64,000 nucleotides of DNA from Podarcis tiliguerta (GCA_965153285.1 OZ229117.1), one strand, 5' to 3'. Numbered from the stretch's first letter, positions 23,381 through 36,529 are shown. Numbers and translations: made by a program. The notes: generated by a model from the sequence alone, not told the origin.

Positions 23381-25339
23381 CTCTTGTACCTGAGTCAGAG
23401 CCAGCTGCAGGTTTCTGTGTGCCCTTGGGCACCATGTATCAGTGAGCCCATGGATTCTGCTTTTCTTCTTCAAGCCATCCCCTTCCTCTTAACCCCACCA
23501 ATTAAAATGCATTTTGAGCTATATGGTAATGCCTTATTGTCAAAGAAAAACACAAACTTTACTATTTCACTAGTTGCCCTTTTATTTTCGGTCATCTGTA
23601 AAGGTAACATCTATACACTTATCTGGGAGAAACTCATTGGACCTTACTTCTGAATAGATGTGCATATATAATTGCACTATCAGATGTAGAACTTGAATAC
23701 CTTAGAGATGAACAGATAATGCACACTTCAAAAGTTAACCATCATAATATATTTTACCCCTTCACCTGAGATTAGAAATTTCTATGTTGCAACAAAGAAA
23801 ACAAATTACGCACAGAGCCAGATTGGATTAACATATAACTCCCTTACCCCATTCTTCCTTTCTATGTGTCCAGATTATATGTATGTCTCTTAAATTCTGA
23901 GTCTCACAGCCCACAAGCACACACTCAACAACCTCAGGCTTACTCCTGGAAGCCATCTATGTTCTGCTGATCCAGATTGTGGATATCACAATATTGATTT
24001 TCCCCCCTCACGCAATGATGCTTTTGTTATCTAATAACAAGAAGGAACACATGCATACCTGCCTGCAAGCAACATAACTAGGGTGGCATGAGCAGACTCC
24101 CAATACTATGGGCAAGATGAAGTGGAGCTTAAAATCATTATAACAGCATGAATTGCCTGTCTTGGGGGCCAAGGAGACCTGTCAGCCATTTGCCATCAGA
24201 GGCGGCTGGGCTGAGCTGCCCACATTTACCTCTTCCATCGGACAGAATTGCGCCAACAAGCACACCAGCATTATCATTCCTCTCCCACTTTCAGAAGGCT
24301 TTGTTTCGCTTTTAACAGATAGTTACTTAGCAACAAGTTACAAGCGCTGAATAGCCGAACAGTTAAACCTACAAGATAAGTTTAAAAGCAGCCGTGTTAT
24401 CAGCACCTTGTTATAGTGGGTAGATAAAGGCCCTATAAAGGCTTATAGCAGGCTCATGCAAAAGAGATTGTGCCGTATTTATTCCCTTTGTTGAATTCTT
24501 TGCAATAATTGATGGCCCCAAAATAGGAGAGACTGGATCCCACAGTAGGACCAGTGTTGCCCCAGCCCTGCACTAGAAGACAAAAGGCAGTGCTGGAGAC
24601 CGTGTGCATTATATATCTCAGAATTTTTCCACCACGACTGGACCAATTTCTTCATGCATAACATACTACTGGAATTTGGTGCACAACAGTAAATGGGTGC
24701 AATTTTCATGGCATTCCAAGATACAGGGCTCCTGCTTCTCCTGTGGTTTCCAGCAACTGGTATTCAGAAGCATGGCTGCCTCCAACCGTGGCTAGTAGCC
24801 ATCAATAGCCCTTTCCTCCCTGAATTTGTCTAATCCACTTTAAAAGCTATTTAGGTTGGTGGCTCCCTAGCAGCCTCTTATACCATTATGGGCTGGGTCC
24901 AACCTGTAGGCCAGGCATACCCACCCACACCACACACACAAATGATGGTAACGACATCAAATTTACCACAGGGCATAACTGTGCTCTTGGCACATTTCTG
25001 TTTGATCATTTCTGCTTTTAGTAACTGTAAATAACGTTCATAGATATGATGGTTTCTAATTTCCTGAAATTGTAAGATGTTGCTTTAGCGTTCCTGTAAA
25101 GCAGACACATTTATTAGTAACTATGAACACTGATTCTCTAGGCAGGCAGGCATTTTTTCTTTTGCCTGTTTAGTGAACCATTATTCGTGGCCCCTAACAC
25201 AGCTTGTCGTCATTAAATACTACATACTAAACTTTGCTGCCTCTGTAGTCTGTATTCTCAGCTATGTGACCTGCCGAGAGCCTTTGTAGGCTGTGAAGAT
25301 TAGGGTTTGCCCGCTGGAACCATGTTCCCTGCCAATGTC

Positions 25340-25555
25340 ATATAGTGGATAGAGTGCTGGACTAGGACCTAGGAGGGTAGGGTTTAATTCTCCACTTGGC
25401 CACAAATCTCACTGGCTGACCTTGAGGGCCAATCACTGCCTCTCAGCCTAACCAACCTCACAGGATTTTTGTGGCGATTGAATCACGAGTGGGAGAACCA
25501 CCTCAAGCTCCATGGAGAGGAAAGAGTGGGGTATAAATGCAATGAATGAATAAAT
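25340..25555 (+). mobile_element. Squam3-like SINE
   Basis: TAGTGGATAGAGTGCTGGACTAGGACC..CTCTCAGCCTAACC..GGGTATAAATG(AATG)n. Confidence 0.7.
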
Positions 25556-26495
25556 TGATGAACTTGATCCAGGGATATTAGCTTTTCAAAGTCTGATAGT
25601 CATTTACACCTCCATTGCTCTCCTGCTGCCCCGTTGCCTCTTAACACACACACCATAATTCCACTGCCCCCCCGGGGGGGCTGAACCACCCAATTTGGTA
25701 ACTACTGCTCTGCAAGTAAAGGATCAGGCATCAAGTGATGGAAAAGAGCTCCAGAACCCAAAGAGCCACCACCACCCACAGCACTCAGCGTTCTGACTGG
25801 GTATATTCCTACATCCTGCCTTTCAAACAATTCTTGGAAAATCAGTGTCAGGCACGGGGAGGGGACTGCAGAAGAAAAGCAAGGCCCACACCAGATGTTC
25901 AAGAAGTTGCTTGATAGCAACAATGAAGAAATGGTTTCAACAACATGTTGAAAAATCCTTTCTCCCCAGCAAGCAATTATCCCCACACACTTCAGTTAAA
26001 AGGCTACTTCAGGCTTGCATTCATTGAGGCTTTTGTTATTCAGAAGGGGAGATGTTGCTGAGTGTATCACTGTCCTTTACACTTAGGAGTTTGCATAGAA
26101 AAGTGGAGTGCCATTGTGCCTGCCCACACAGGCGGTTGTTGCCGCCTTCTTTTATGCTGATCCTCTTGGACATTTTCTAAAATAGGCCTCATCCTGAAAT
26201 GCTGAGCTCACTCCCAAGCTGTGGTCCATGGACCACCAGCGGTTTGCGAATGTCATCCATTTCTGCATGAAATATTCCTAATGATTTTTAATTGCTTCTT
26301 ATTGCCTATTCTGTTTCTTATATCATCTTTTATTGTATTAAAATTAGAATTTTATGGATTACACATTGAAATAAAATACAATATAAGAAACAAAAGTAAG
26401 CAATAAAAACAACATTGAAAATTGTACAGCATCTAGTACTTACAGTTGTTACAATAGGCTGAAAAATCATTAAATGGTCCGCCAAGACCATCAGC

Positions 26496-26832
26496 ATAGG
26501 ATCATAGAATTGTAATTTATTAGAAGGGATCCCGGAAGCCATCTGGTCCAATCCCCTTCATTGTAGGACTCATAGCTAAAGAATCCCTGGTAAATGGCCA
26601 TCCAACTTCTGCTTAAAAACCAACAGTGAAGAAGAGTCCACCACCTTCCAAGGGAGTCCATTCTGCTTTCAAACAGCTCTTAGAAACAGGAAGTTCTTCC
26701 TGATGTTTACTTGGAATCTCCTTCCTTATTATTTGAATCCATCGGTTTGGATCCTGTCCTCTGGAGCAGCAGAAAACAAGCTTGGTCCATCCTTCATGAG
26801 ACAGCCCTTCAGATATTGCAAGGTAGCTATCA
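26496..26832 (-). mobile_element. CR1 3' fragment
   Basis: CATAGGATCATAGAA..AAGTTCTTCCTGATGTT..GAGCAGCAGAAAACAAGC..GACAGCCCTTCAGATA. Confidence 0.8.
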
Positions 26833-27599
26833 TATCAGGCTAAATTTTCAATTTTCAAGCAGTCTGCGGTATTTGGGGGCGGGGCAGGTTTGGAAGCCAC
26901 TGACCACATTTGCATCTTAACATTTTAAGAAGATGATTAGATAACAGCAGTGGCATCAACCCCGTGACTAAATTGGCTCAATGTGTGATGCTTGCACTCT
27001 GCATTTAAACTGGATTTAGTTGGATTGATGAGTCCTGCTACCAGATCTGGGATCCTCTGACAGATCGGGCCATTCCAGAGGATTGCAGAGCAATTGGTAC
27101 ATCCCACCTGCACACATTCGTCACATCTTACATCCAATGTGACCATTCCACCTTCTTTCAAATTACATCTCACTGCCTCTGTCAATGAGAGCCTGTTCAT
27201 CATTCTCATTCCCGGTGGTGAATGAGGCCGGCCATTCCATGCAATTGCACTGAAAAGGTAACACTGCTCCCCTTCATCTCCTCAATGGGGGAAGGGGAGA
27301 AGAGCTATTAAGTGCAAATTATCCTGACATACAGCCACTCAGAAGCTGGGAAATTGCTCATTGTGTGGCATAATGGGGGAGAAATAGTCAAATAGCATAA
27401 TCCACCATGAAATTTCGCCTCCTCTCTCACTTCCAGCAGCTCAGACACACAGGTCAATGTCCCTCCACTACCTAATTATTATAATCAATAGCTTTCTGAA
27501 TTCCTGCAGCCTTTCAGTGTCTAAGGTAGATCTGTCTTGTATCCCAAGAAGCCCTGTGAAGAGCAGCTCATGGAACAAGCTGCCAGTGTGGGTTACAAG

Positions 27600-28046
27600 G
27601 ACTCTAAAGGGCTGTCACATGGAAGGTGGAGCTAGCTTGTTTTCTGATGCTCCAAATGGTAGGACCTAAACCAATGGATTCAAATTACAAGGAAGGAGAC
27701 TCTGACTAAAGAATAGGAAGAACTTCATGATTGTAAGAGCTGTTCGACAGTGGAGCGGACTGCTTCAGAAGGTGGTGGACTCTCCTTCATTGGAGATTTT
27801 TCAACAGAGGTCTGATGACCATCTGTCAGGGATTCTTTCATTGGGATTGCTGCATTGTGAAGGGTTGGACTAGATGCCCCTTTTGGGATCCCACCCAACT
27901 CTACAATTCTGTGATTCATTGGAGGTTTTTAAACAGAACTTGGATGGCCATCTGTCAGGAATTCCTTAGCTGTGGTTCTCGCATTGCAGTGGCTTGGACT
28001 AGATGACCCTTGGGTACCTTCCAGCTCTGAAATTCTGTGATTCTAT
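27600..28046 (+). mobile_element. CR1 3' fragment with doubled 3' terminus
   Basis: AAGGGCTGTCACATGG..GGACTAGATG..TTCTGTGATTC ends near 27917. The last ~130 bp then recur in diverged form to 28046. Confidence 0.8.
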
Positions 28047-28659
28047 CTCTTAGAGTAGGAGAGAGGATTTCTTTCTGCACAGGGCTTCCAAAGGGAGAGA
28101 GATTTCTCCACCTGCCATCAGCATCAGATCTACCATGAAGGTGCAGACGTGCTTGGAGGAAAATTTGACCTGTGACAAGTGGTTAGCTCTGCTATTACTG
28201 CTGTTGTTTATTTATTTTAGTACTAGAACAGGGAGAAAAGCTATTTGGATTTTATCACACAGATGCTGGATCAGCTTTGCTTGTCATGATAAACTTTAGG
28301 TTCTTCACAGAAAACTTATGGATAAGATAAAAGAGCCTCTCTTCTGGTCTGTCCCCTTCCAGTGTGAGTTGCTTCTGAGATTCACTTCATCTGTATTTCT
28401 CACCAGATTCCTTAATCCCAAATTGCCTTTGTTTGTGAAGTAGAAATAATGCTTTAGGAATCTGTCATTGTTCCATTTTCAGATTTTTTTAGGTTAAGGC
28501 TGGTCAGAGCTGTATCCGTGGGGGGCTAGCTGGGTTCTTTTGCCCTGGGTAAAACCTTCATATAGTCAAATCACCCCCTTAGAACTGCCCTACATAGGTA
28601 ATTTCACATGTTGCAACTGAGACACTGAGCAGGGTTTAAACCCCCCCCCCAAAAAAATT

Positions 28660-29078
28660 TCCATAATTGAAGTCTATAAAAAAGGTTAAATATTTAGGGA
28701 TTTGGTTAACATCAAGAAATATAAACCTATTTAAAAATAACTATGAAAAAATGTGACTTGAGGTAAAAACAAATTTAGAAATATGGAGCAGAATGAATCT
28801 CTCAATGTTAGGAAAAATATTGGTGATTAAAATGAATGTGTTGCCAAAAATGCTATTTCTTTTTCAATCAATACAAGTCATTCTGAAAGATGAATGTTTC
28901 AAAAAAATGGCAGAAAGAGATTTCTAAATTTATCGGGGGGGGGGGGGCAAAAGGCCAAGGATAAAACATAAAATACTTACAGACGTAAAAGACGGAGGCG
29001 GGTTTGCCCTCCCAGACCTTAAATTATATTATGAATCTGCTTGTTTGGTATGGATCAGGGACTGGATGAGATTGGATA
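28660..29078 (+). mobile_element. L1-clade ORF2 internal fragment (RT C-terminus)
   Basis: Translates KVKYLGIWLT..LFKNNY..IKMNVLPKMLFLFQ..PRIKHKILTD..GGFALPDLKLYY..WIRDW, with a stop and frameshifts. Confidence 0.85.
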
Positions 29079-29992
29079 AGCAAGAGGCATTAGAACTCAC
29101 AGGGCCATCCAAGGTTCGGTGAGATCTTGCCAGAGCTTCCCAGAGCCCAGTAAGCAAGTCTGAGAGCTGAAAAGTTATTTCCATAGCAGGAAAACCTTGC
29201 ACAAGAAGAGCTTTTAAGCTCCCCATCTTCCATGCATTTAGTTTGTGCGATTTCAGCCAGTCAGCCATCAACCACATAAAGTTGAAATCATGCAAGTTAA
29301 GCACACATCAGTTGCAAATCCACTGTATTTCACTTTCTTGCGTTTGTTGCACAACTTGCGTGAACATTTATCCCTGCTGTAGAAGAGGCTAAATTTGCAC
29401 ACCCGGATTTAATCACAGTCATTCTCATGCACACCTATATTTATGCTGGCCCTGAAATTAGTATCCCTATGACTGCAGCACAAAAGCATGTGCCATTACC
29501 ATAATGCTGGCCAACCAGGCCAGGGCTGCCAGCTTGACCACTGAAGATGGGCTGCTCCTACTGTTTTCCTTTGAGTGAACAATAGAGTAGAGAAGCAGCT
29601 CTGAAGCCCAGCATCCAAGGCAGGTGCTTGGCTTTCCTGCCTGGTCTTATATCATCCCTGCTAGCTGAGGCACCAACATGTGCAGAAGATTGGGGGGCTG
29701 ATGCCATACACATGACATGGGGACATTGCGCGCATGACGTCAGGATGCAACATCAGGATGTTGGGAGGAGCCTGGGTGGAGCCAAACATGGCAGTAGCAT
29801 GGTTTCAATGGTTGGCAACTCCTCTTTTCTCTCGCTCGGCTTCCTCCTCCTGCCGCCATGACCAGCCGAGGACTGCTCCCCCCATCTTTCCCTTAAGTAT
29901 CAGGAGAAGGAGAAGCCACTGGCCACTTAAGCCGCCCTGCACTGCACTTGGCTCCATTATCAGTCTCCTCTTCCTTCTCCTGCCACTACTAC

Positions 29993-30520
29993 CACAATAC
30001 AATACGATACAATAATCTTTATTGTCATTGTCCCATACAGAACAACGAAATTGAAAAATCTGCTATCCCAGCTATCCCAACCTGGTTAGCCCCCTAAAAA
30101 CTCTGATACCCCATTTTTAAATACAATATACTCCCATAGAGACTCCTTACACTGCGTTTAAAACCAAAATCACATTTGAATAGAAACTGTTTCTGAGGCG
30201 GCTAGTCCTAATCTTTATAACCCTGTACCTTCTTCCAGAAGGCAGAAGCTGAAAGAGATCATTTCTGGGGTGTGCACTATCCTGCAGTATCTCTGCAGCT
30301 TTCTTATGGCACCTGGAAGCATAGATTTGATCCAAGGTGTGAAGAGCGCACCCAGTTATTCTCTCCGCAGTCTTTACAACCCTGGGCACCATTGTTTTTC
30401 CCCTGACCACGCAGCTCCCAAACCACACACAGAGACCATAAGTTAATACACTCTCAACAGTACAATTGTAAAATGCCATCAACAGGTCCTTTGAGAGATT
30501 GTTTTTCGGAGGATTCTCAG
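29993..30520 (-). mobile_element. Rex1/Babar LINE 3' fragment
   Basis: ORF 30147-30662(-) contains FYNCTVESVLTYGLCVWFG..RVVKTAERITG..HP.NDLFQLLPSGRRYR..RTSRLRNSFY. On the minus strand, AATAAA is followed by an (ATTGT)n tail. Confidence 0.85.
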
Positions 30521-32145
30521 CCAAGGACTGCTTCCCCCCCCCCCATCCTGCCCCATGGCAGGAGGAGGAGGAGCCAGCCGCTGAAGTTGTGCTGCTCTCA
30601 GCTCCATGCTCAGCCTTCTCCGCCCCCTGATTGTTTTGAACATTGGGTGACTGCCCCCTCAAAAATATTGAGGGCAGGCAAAAGAGCTGGGCCTGCAGGT
30701 GTTGGCACCTATGCCAGCCTGCCAGCCCCTGGGTTATTATTGGGCCAAATGACCTTCTTCAGATTGCACTTTCCTTCCTCTTCCAGCTGCCTTCCTTTAG
30801 TGCCTGGTAACAGCCACAAAAATAAAACCTCACTCAAGCCACCGCCTGCAGCGTTTGGTCTAAAATGACAGTACTTCACCCACCCCCCTCCACCCGACCC
30901 ATTTTGCCAATAATGCAATGTACTTTTTTTTTTTTTTTTACAAGATCATTTTCAAAGGTAACTGCTTATAATAATACAATTTATTCTTTATGGCTTCGGG
31001 GCAAGGCGAGCTCTAAATGAGGCATGTCTTCCATTAGAACCCTACAGAAACAAACTAATAGGCTGCAGAGAAAGTCATTTGTAAATGTTCCTATAATTCA
31101 CATGATTCATTAAACAGAGATGGAAAATGATAGCATTTTCCTCTGGAAAAAAAATCCTTATGGAATTACACGCTGCGAACACTTAGCTCAACTCTTTTAT
31201 TGAGTAAGCATCTTGTCCTGCTGATGTGGAGATTATAAAGGCCTGGAGACATTTATAGTTTCATTTGCTAAATTTAGAAGTTTTGTTCTATCCACTTCAT
31301 GGCCCCTCCTCAGAAGGCAGGCAGACCTTTGCTTATTCACAAGGCCTCAGGAAACGGCAGGATATCTCATATTCAGGCTGAACATCCACTGCCTGCCTTG
31401 CTGGGCTAATCAGTTTCTTTAGGACGCTGGTAGCATCATGCATGAGGGCCAGGAGGAGGAGTGATGGCCATGCCTACTGAGTCTGGAGGGAGTTGTAACA
31501 TATGGAGAGCACCAGGTTGGAGAAGGCTGTTGTAGGTGAACAGCAAAGACCTGCAGAAGGAATGTTGGATGAGACGTCCATTAAACAAATTATGTCTATG
31601 TATTGATGGAACATTCCACTTAAGCACACCTCATTTCGCAAGTCAACAGAGAAGACAAAAAAAAAAAAAAAAAGAACCCAGCTCTATTTATTCATCAAAC
31701 ATACTGAAGTTTTGTCATCTCCACTGAGAGAGATGCTTGTAATCCATCTGTTAAGTGATCTATCATATTTGTCTAAATTGCTTGGAACAAAACAAGCTAT
31801 CATTTGCAACCCATGCCTTCTCCCAAGTTTCCTAGTCTGTACGTTGCTTAAGAATAATCGACAGTCCTGCAAGATATGCACAGAAACAGATTATGTGAAG
31901 ATACTTTCCCATTGCTGGAAGAAAAGCAGGAAGTCACAATAGTTGTTTTAAAGCAGGCCACCGACAACATGGAGGCAGTTCATTCACCTCTAACAAACCC
32001 TGGTACATTTTGGGCCACAAGGTGCTCAAAGACCCCCCAAAAAAACATACCCTCTATTTGTTTGAAGCTCTATAAAGAGAATAATGGGTATAATATCTAT
32101 CTCTCTGTATTGCACCATTATCCAGCCTAGTGATGCTTCCAGGAT

Positions 32146-32770
32146 AATTATTATTATTATTATTATTATTAATAATAATAATAATACCCCACCCATCTGG
32201 TTGGGTTTCCCCGGCCACTCTGGGCAGCTTCCAACAAAATATTAAAAATGCAATAAAAGACCAAACATTAAAAACTTCCCTAAACAGGGCTGCCTTCAGA
32301 TGTCTTCTGAAATTCAGATACAGTGGTACCTTGGGTTACATACGCTTCAGGTTACAGACTCCGCTAACCCAGAAATATTACCTCAGGTTAAGAACTTTGC
32401 TTCAGGATGAGAACAGAAATCATGCTCTGGCGGCGCGGCAGCAGCAGGAGGCCCCATTAGCTAAAGTGGTGCTTCAGGTTAAGAACAGTTTCAGGTTAAG
32501 AACAGATCTCCAGAACGAATTAAGTTCTTAACCCGAGTTACCACTGTAGTTGTTTATTTCCTTGACATCTGATGGGAGGGCATTCCACTGTGAGGGCACC
32601 ACCAAGAAGACCCTCTGCCTGGTTCTGTGTAACCTCACTTCTCACAGCAAGGGAACTGCCAGAAGGCCCTCGGTGCTGGACCTCAGTGTCTGGGCTGAAC
32701 GATGGGGGTGGAGACGCTCCTTCGGGTATACAGGACCGAGGCTCTTTAGGGCTTTAAAGGTCAGCACCAA
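32146..32770 (-). mobile_element. L2 LINE 3' fragment interrupted by a Tigger-like MITE
   Basis: AT-rich (TTA)n/(TAA)n tail, GGGAGGGCATTCCAC and AGGGCTTTAAAGGTCAGCACCAA, which are reverse L2 3' motifs. Confidence 0.75.
32321..32546. mobile_element. Tigger/pogo-like MITE
   Basis: TA|CAGTGGTACCTTGGGTTA .. TAACCCGAGTTACCACTG|TA. Same family as 59700-59941. Confidence 0.85.
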
Positions 32771-32957
32771 TGAATTAATAGATTAAGTATGTTCTCATTC
32801 TTTGTAATCACATCAGAAATTACAGAGCCTTTTTTAACAGTAGGGTGGTGCTCTGCTCCATCACCAACCTAGTAGCCCTGTGGGATCTGTCCTAGTCTTG
32901 TTCCCTCCTGCCATCCCTTGTCTGCGTGTCAGCTAAAGCAAGGGGTATGGGATTACC

Positions 32958-34051
32958 TGTCAGGTTCCCAGCAACACAGTAAGCATAGCTAATTAAAAAG
33001 GATGGTTTATTGTCAAAACAAACAGATAGCTCTGGACGGCTCTAACACAGCCTCTGACATCATCAATCAAGATGACCCTTCTGAAGATGCCTTCCGGTTT
33101 CTACAGAAGAGAGAGAACTTTTGCGTCTTACATCTCTTGCTTTGTTTCTGGTCTAACAGCCCTCCCCTTAGCCGACTCTGAGGAGGGATTGGATCAGGTT
33201 CCCCCCCCTCCCTTTCTGACAAACTACTTATTTCTCCATTCACTCCTGTTTGAACTTCCCAAGAGCTTTGGCTGGGTTCCAGCCTGCCCTCAGCCGTTCC
33301 CTTATCGCCTGGCATTCCAAGGGGTGGGGGAGTTGGCACTACCTGTGTGGGAATGTTCAGGGAGGCAGGAGAGGATATATTGTTCAATTATATCCTTTCC
33401 AACTTGCATTAACAAGTTCTATAATTTGGCTGAGTAACTTTCCCCCTTTAAATTTACACAGCAGATAGGTTTGCCAGGCTTGCTTAAGCCTCTAAAATAA
33501 GTTTCCTAGTAATTCCCCTTTATTCCCTCCTAAAAGGAATAGACACGACACAATCTTGTATAAAAGGTGTAAAATAGTTTACTCACACATTCTGTTCACA
33601 GATGGATCTCAGAAGGCAGACTTCAGTTACAAAATATATACACTTGGAATCTATCCCATAAGGAGATAGTTCCTTTGTCCTCTCTTGACTGGAAGCCAAA
33701 AGAGCATCTCAGGCTGATGCTTCTACGACGAAAGCAAAATGGAGAAGAGAGATATGTGGTGGCCAGCCCTGTGCTTTTGTTACCTGCACAGGTGAGGTCA
33801 TGCCCACTTCTGGTCACATGCAGAGGAAGTTTGTCCCAACCCAAGAGGAAACAGGAAGTTTATCTACTGGCTGGACAAACATCAATCTTCATGTCGAAAC
33901 ATGTCCACTCTAGGAATGTTGTATCTGACTGCTCTGTGTTTCACACCTCACAAGCTGCTGTTCATCCTGCATGAAAGTTAACTCTCTCTGTTCCTGGCTG
34001 CTTTCTTCCGTTGGCTGGAAACCTTCACTGGGAGCTGGCTCATGCCTGACA
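32958..34051 (-). mobile_element. solo LTR family A, interrupted by a family B LTR
   Basis: TGTCA..TGACA termini, perfect TSD TTACC (32953-32957, 34052-34056). Reverse-complement similarity to 15634-16129 on both sides of the nested insert. Confidence 0.85.
33346..33952. mobile_element. solo LTR family B nested in a family A LTR
   Basis: TGTGG..TCACA termini, TSD ACCTG/AGCTG, similar to 7983-8628. Confidence 0.75.
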
Positions 34052-34321
34052 TTACCATTATCTTGTAGTGGCCTCTTCAAGAGCATGGGAAGAGCCAGTT
34101 GAATCTCAAGCTGCCGCCTCTCCCAGGTGCTTTAAGATAATGCATGTACTATCAATACCATGACTCTTAGACCTCCATCCAAGTGCCTTGCAAAGAAACC
34201 CAGCATAGCAGTTGAGATCTAGGAGTCGGGAGGCCCGAGATGAAAGACCTCAGAGCTATGAAGCTTGCTGGGTGAGGGATGCTCACTCAACCTCATTGAG
34301 ATGTTATGTGAATGAAATAAC

Positions 34322-34945
34322 CACTCTAGGTTGAACTACTGCAATGAGTTATATGTCATGCTGCCTTTGAAGATGGTTTAGAAACTACAGCTGGTGCAGA
34401 ATCTGGTGGCCAGATTTTTATCATGGCAAGAGGGTCTGAATATATAACACCAATTCTGGCATGACTGCACCCCATACCAATTTGTTTCTAGGCTCAATCC
34501 AGGGGGCTTGTTTTGACCTATAAAGCCTTATGCAGCTCAGGACCCCAGTACCTCAGAGACGGCCTCTCCTCACATGAACCAACCCAGATCCTGCAATCAT
34601 CACCTGAGACCCTTCCTCATGTGTCCCCACCCTGTGAGGTTCAAAGGTGGCAACATGAGAGCAGGTCTTTTCAGTGATGGCTCCCAATGTGTGGAATGCT
34701 CTCTCCAGGGAGGCATGCCTTTATCCATTTTTCAATAAAGCAAAGACTTTTCTCTTTACCGAGACTTTTGGCCCTTAATTTGAAGGGTGGCATGTGGCTT
34801 CTTTTGGTGAGATGGGGTCAGTAAATCCTGAACTGTTTTAGCTCTTTTAACTGTGCTTTTAGATTTTTTTATTGGATGTTCTAGTTGGCTTTCATGTAAA
34901 TTGCTATGGGTCACTCTGTGAGAACTAAATAAAATAAATGAATAA
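34322..34945 (+). mobile_element. L2 LINE 3' fragment
   Basis: TCTAGGTTGAACTACTGCAAT (SRL.YCN), CAGCTGGTGCAGAAT (QLVQN), ACCTATAAAGCC, TGGAATGCTCTC, A-rich tail. Confidence 0.75.
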
Positions 34946-35098
34946 GGGGGCAATTATTTAAAATACTCCAAACCATGAGGTGCTTTTCCAAAACTAAAAC
35001 TAGAACAGACAAGTTCCCAATCTAATTAAAGAAGTAAAGATGTGAATCAGAATACATGCAGGCAACAGATAACATGTAACTTTTACATTTACATGAGC

Positions 35099-35234
35099 CC
35101 AGTATTATTTTTCTAGAAAAAGAGGTGCCAGAGCTCACCATGAACGTCTCCTTTCTTCTCTTAGAATGGCAATGGTGCCCACCTAAGAGGTGCTGGAGCT
35201 GAACTCCAGTGAGCTCCAGCTGAATAAAAGCCTG
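35099..35234. mobile_element. short hAT-like MITE
   Basis: CAGTATTATTTTTCTAG..GAGCTC..GAGCTC..CTGAATAAAAGCCTG, with degenerate CAG..CTG termini. Confidence 0.4.
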
Positions 35235-36529
35235 CATGTACCTTTTATTTATGTATTTCTACAGCAGTTTACCACCCCACCTGCTTTCTCTACACAACAG
35301 TCCTGCAAAGTAAGCTGACAGGTAATGACTGGCCCAAGGTCACCCAGTGAGCTTCGTGGCTCCATCGGAATTTGAACCCAGTTCTCTCTTATTCTCATGC
35401 AATGCATTCTAACCCCACGCATATAGCTAGTAGGTCAAACAACATTTCACGACAGGAGAGGGCCACTTGACCCTACTCTGTGGTGGTCAGTCAGAAGTAT
35501 TTTGCAGTGGCAGGGTAGGTAAATACGTTTCACAATTCTTGGGAGGTTGCCATGGGCAGTGAGTGGACACAGTGGAAAACACATGGAAGCACTAAAAATT
35601 AATTCACTTGCCAACTTTACAGCTGGCTGAGTGCTGGCATGATGCCAACGGCAACCTGTCTCTCTGTTTTGTGAAGAGAAAAATAAAGCTGCACAAGACT
35701 TTAAAAAACACGTATCGATAAAGGTAGATATATTTTCCTAGAAGAGGCCCTTTGATATGCTTCAGTGAAGCCTCATAAAATCATAGTCAGGCAGTATAAA
35801 ATGCTGTTTTTTAAAAATAAATAAAAACCTTTTCTCCCTTTGTGTGTACGGTTTGGCTCTCAACAGCAACTGGAAATTACCATGCCAAATGTGTAGTTTG
35901 TATGAAAAGATTTTGAATTAGCCTGGTACGGCAACTGGAAAGATGAGAATTCACAGCGTGTGATTTAGCAGAGTGACTGGCAGGCCGGACCCCACCCCCC
36001 TCACTGCCTTCACCAAGCTTTGCAAAACAAACACCCCAAAAAATAGCCAATCAGACTGGACTCAAGCAGAGTAAGGGCTGTGGTCCACCATTGCTGCTGC
36101 AATAAGCAAAGGAACTCATCTGACCAGGAGAACTGGGAATGAGTTGGAATGAGAACAAACATTCAAACTGCAGAAAGAAAGAGAGCTTATTTGCTATTTC
36201 TGGTCAGTCAGAGGCTGCTATGGATGTCCCACCATTCTACGAAGTATTCAAGGCAGGGACCAATGATAAAGTTACGAAAATGACAGCATAGTGCGAAATC
36301 AATATAAAATAGTGAAAAACAAATACAAAATAACATTCATGTAAAAATATATCCTCCTATATACATGAAAATGTAAGGCTATCATCACACAGCCGAACTG
36401 GAGCATTTGTAGCACCACATAAAAATCCTCGACTTGCCTGAAGTCAGGGTGGGGGGCAAAGGCCACTTAGGAAAGGAGGGACACAGAGGGAAATGGTGGT
36501 TTAAGGAACAGCAGAGGTTAGAGGGAAGG

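Noticed and set aside
27020-27070. Second hammerhead (TTGATGAG..)
   Set aside because: No C in the CUGANGA box and no stem II followed by GAAA. CTGATGAG near 53662 and 59896 also lacks the rest of the motif.
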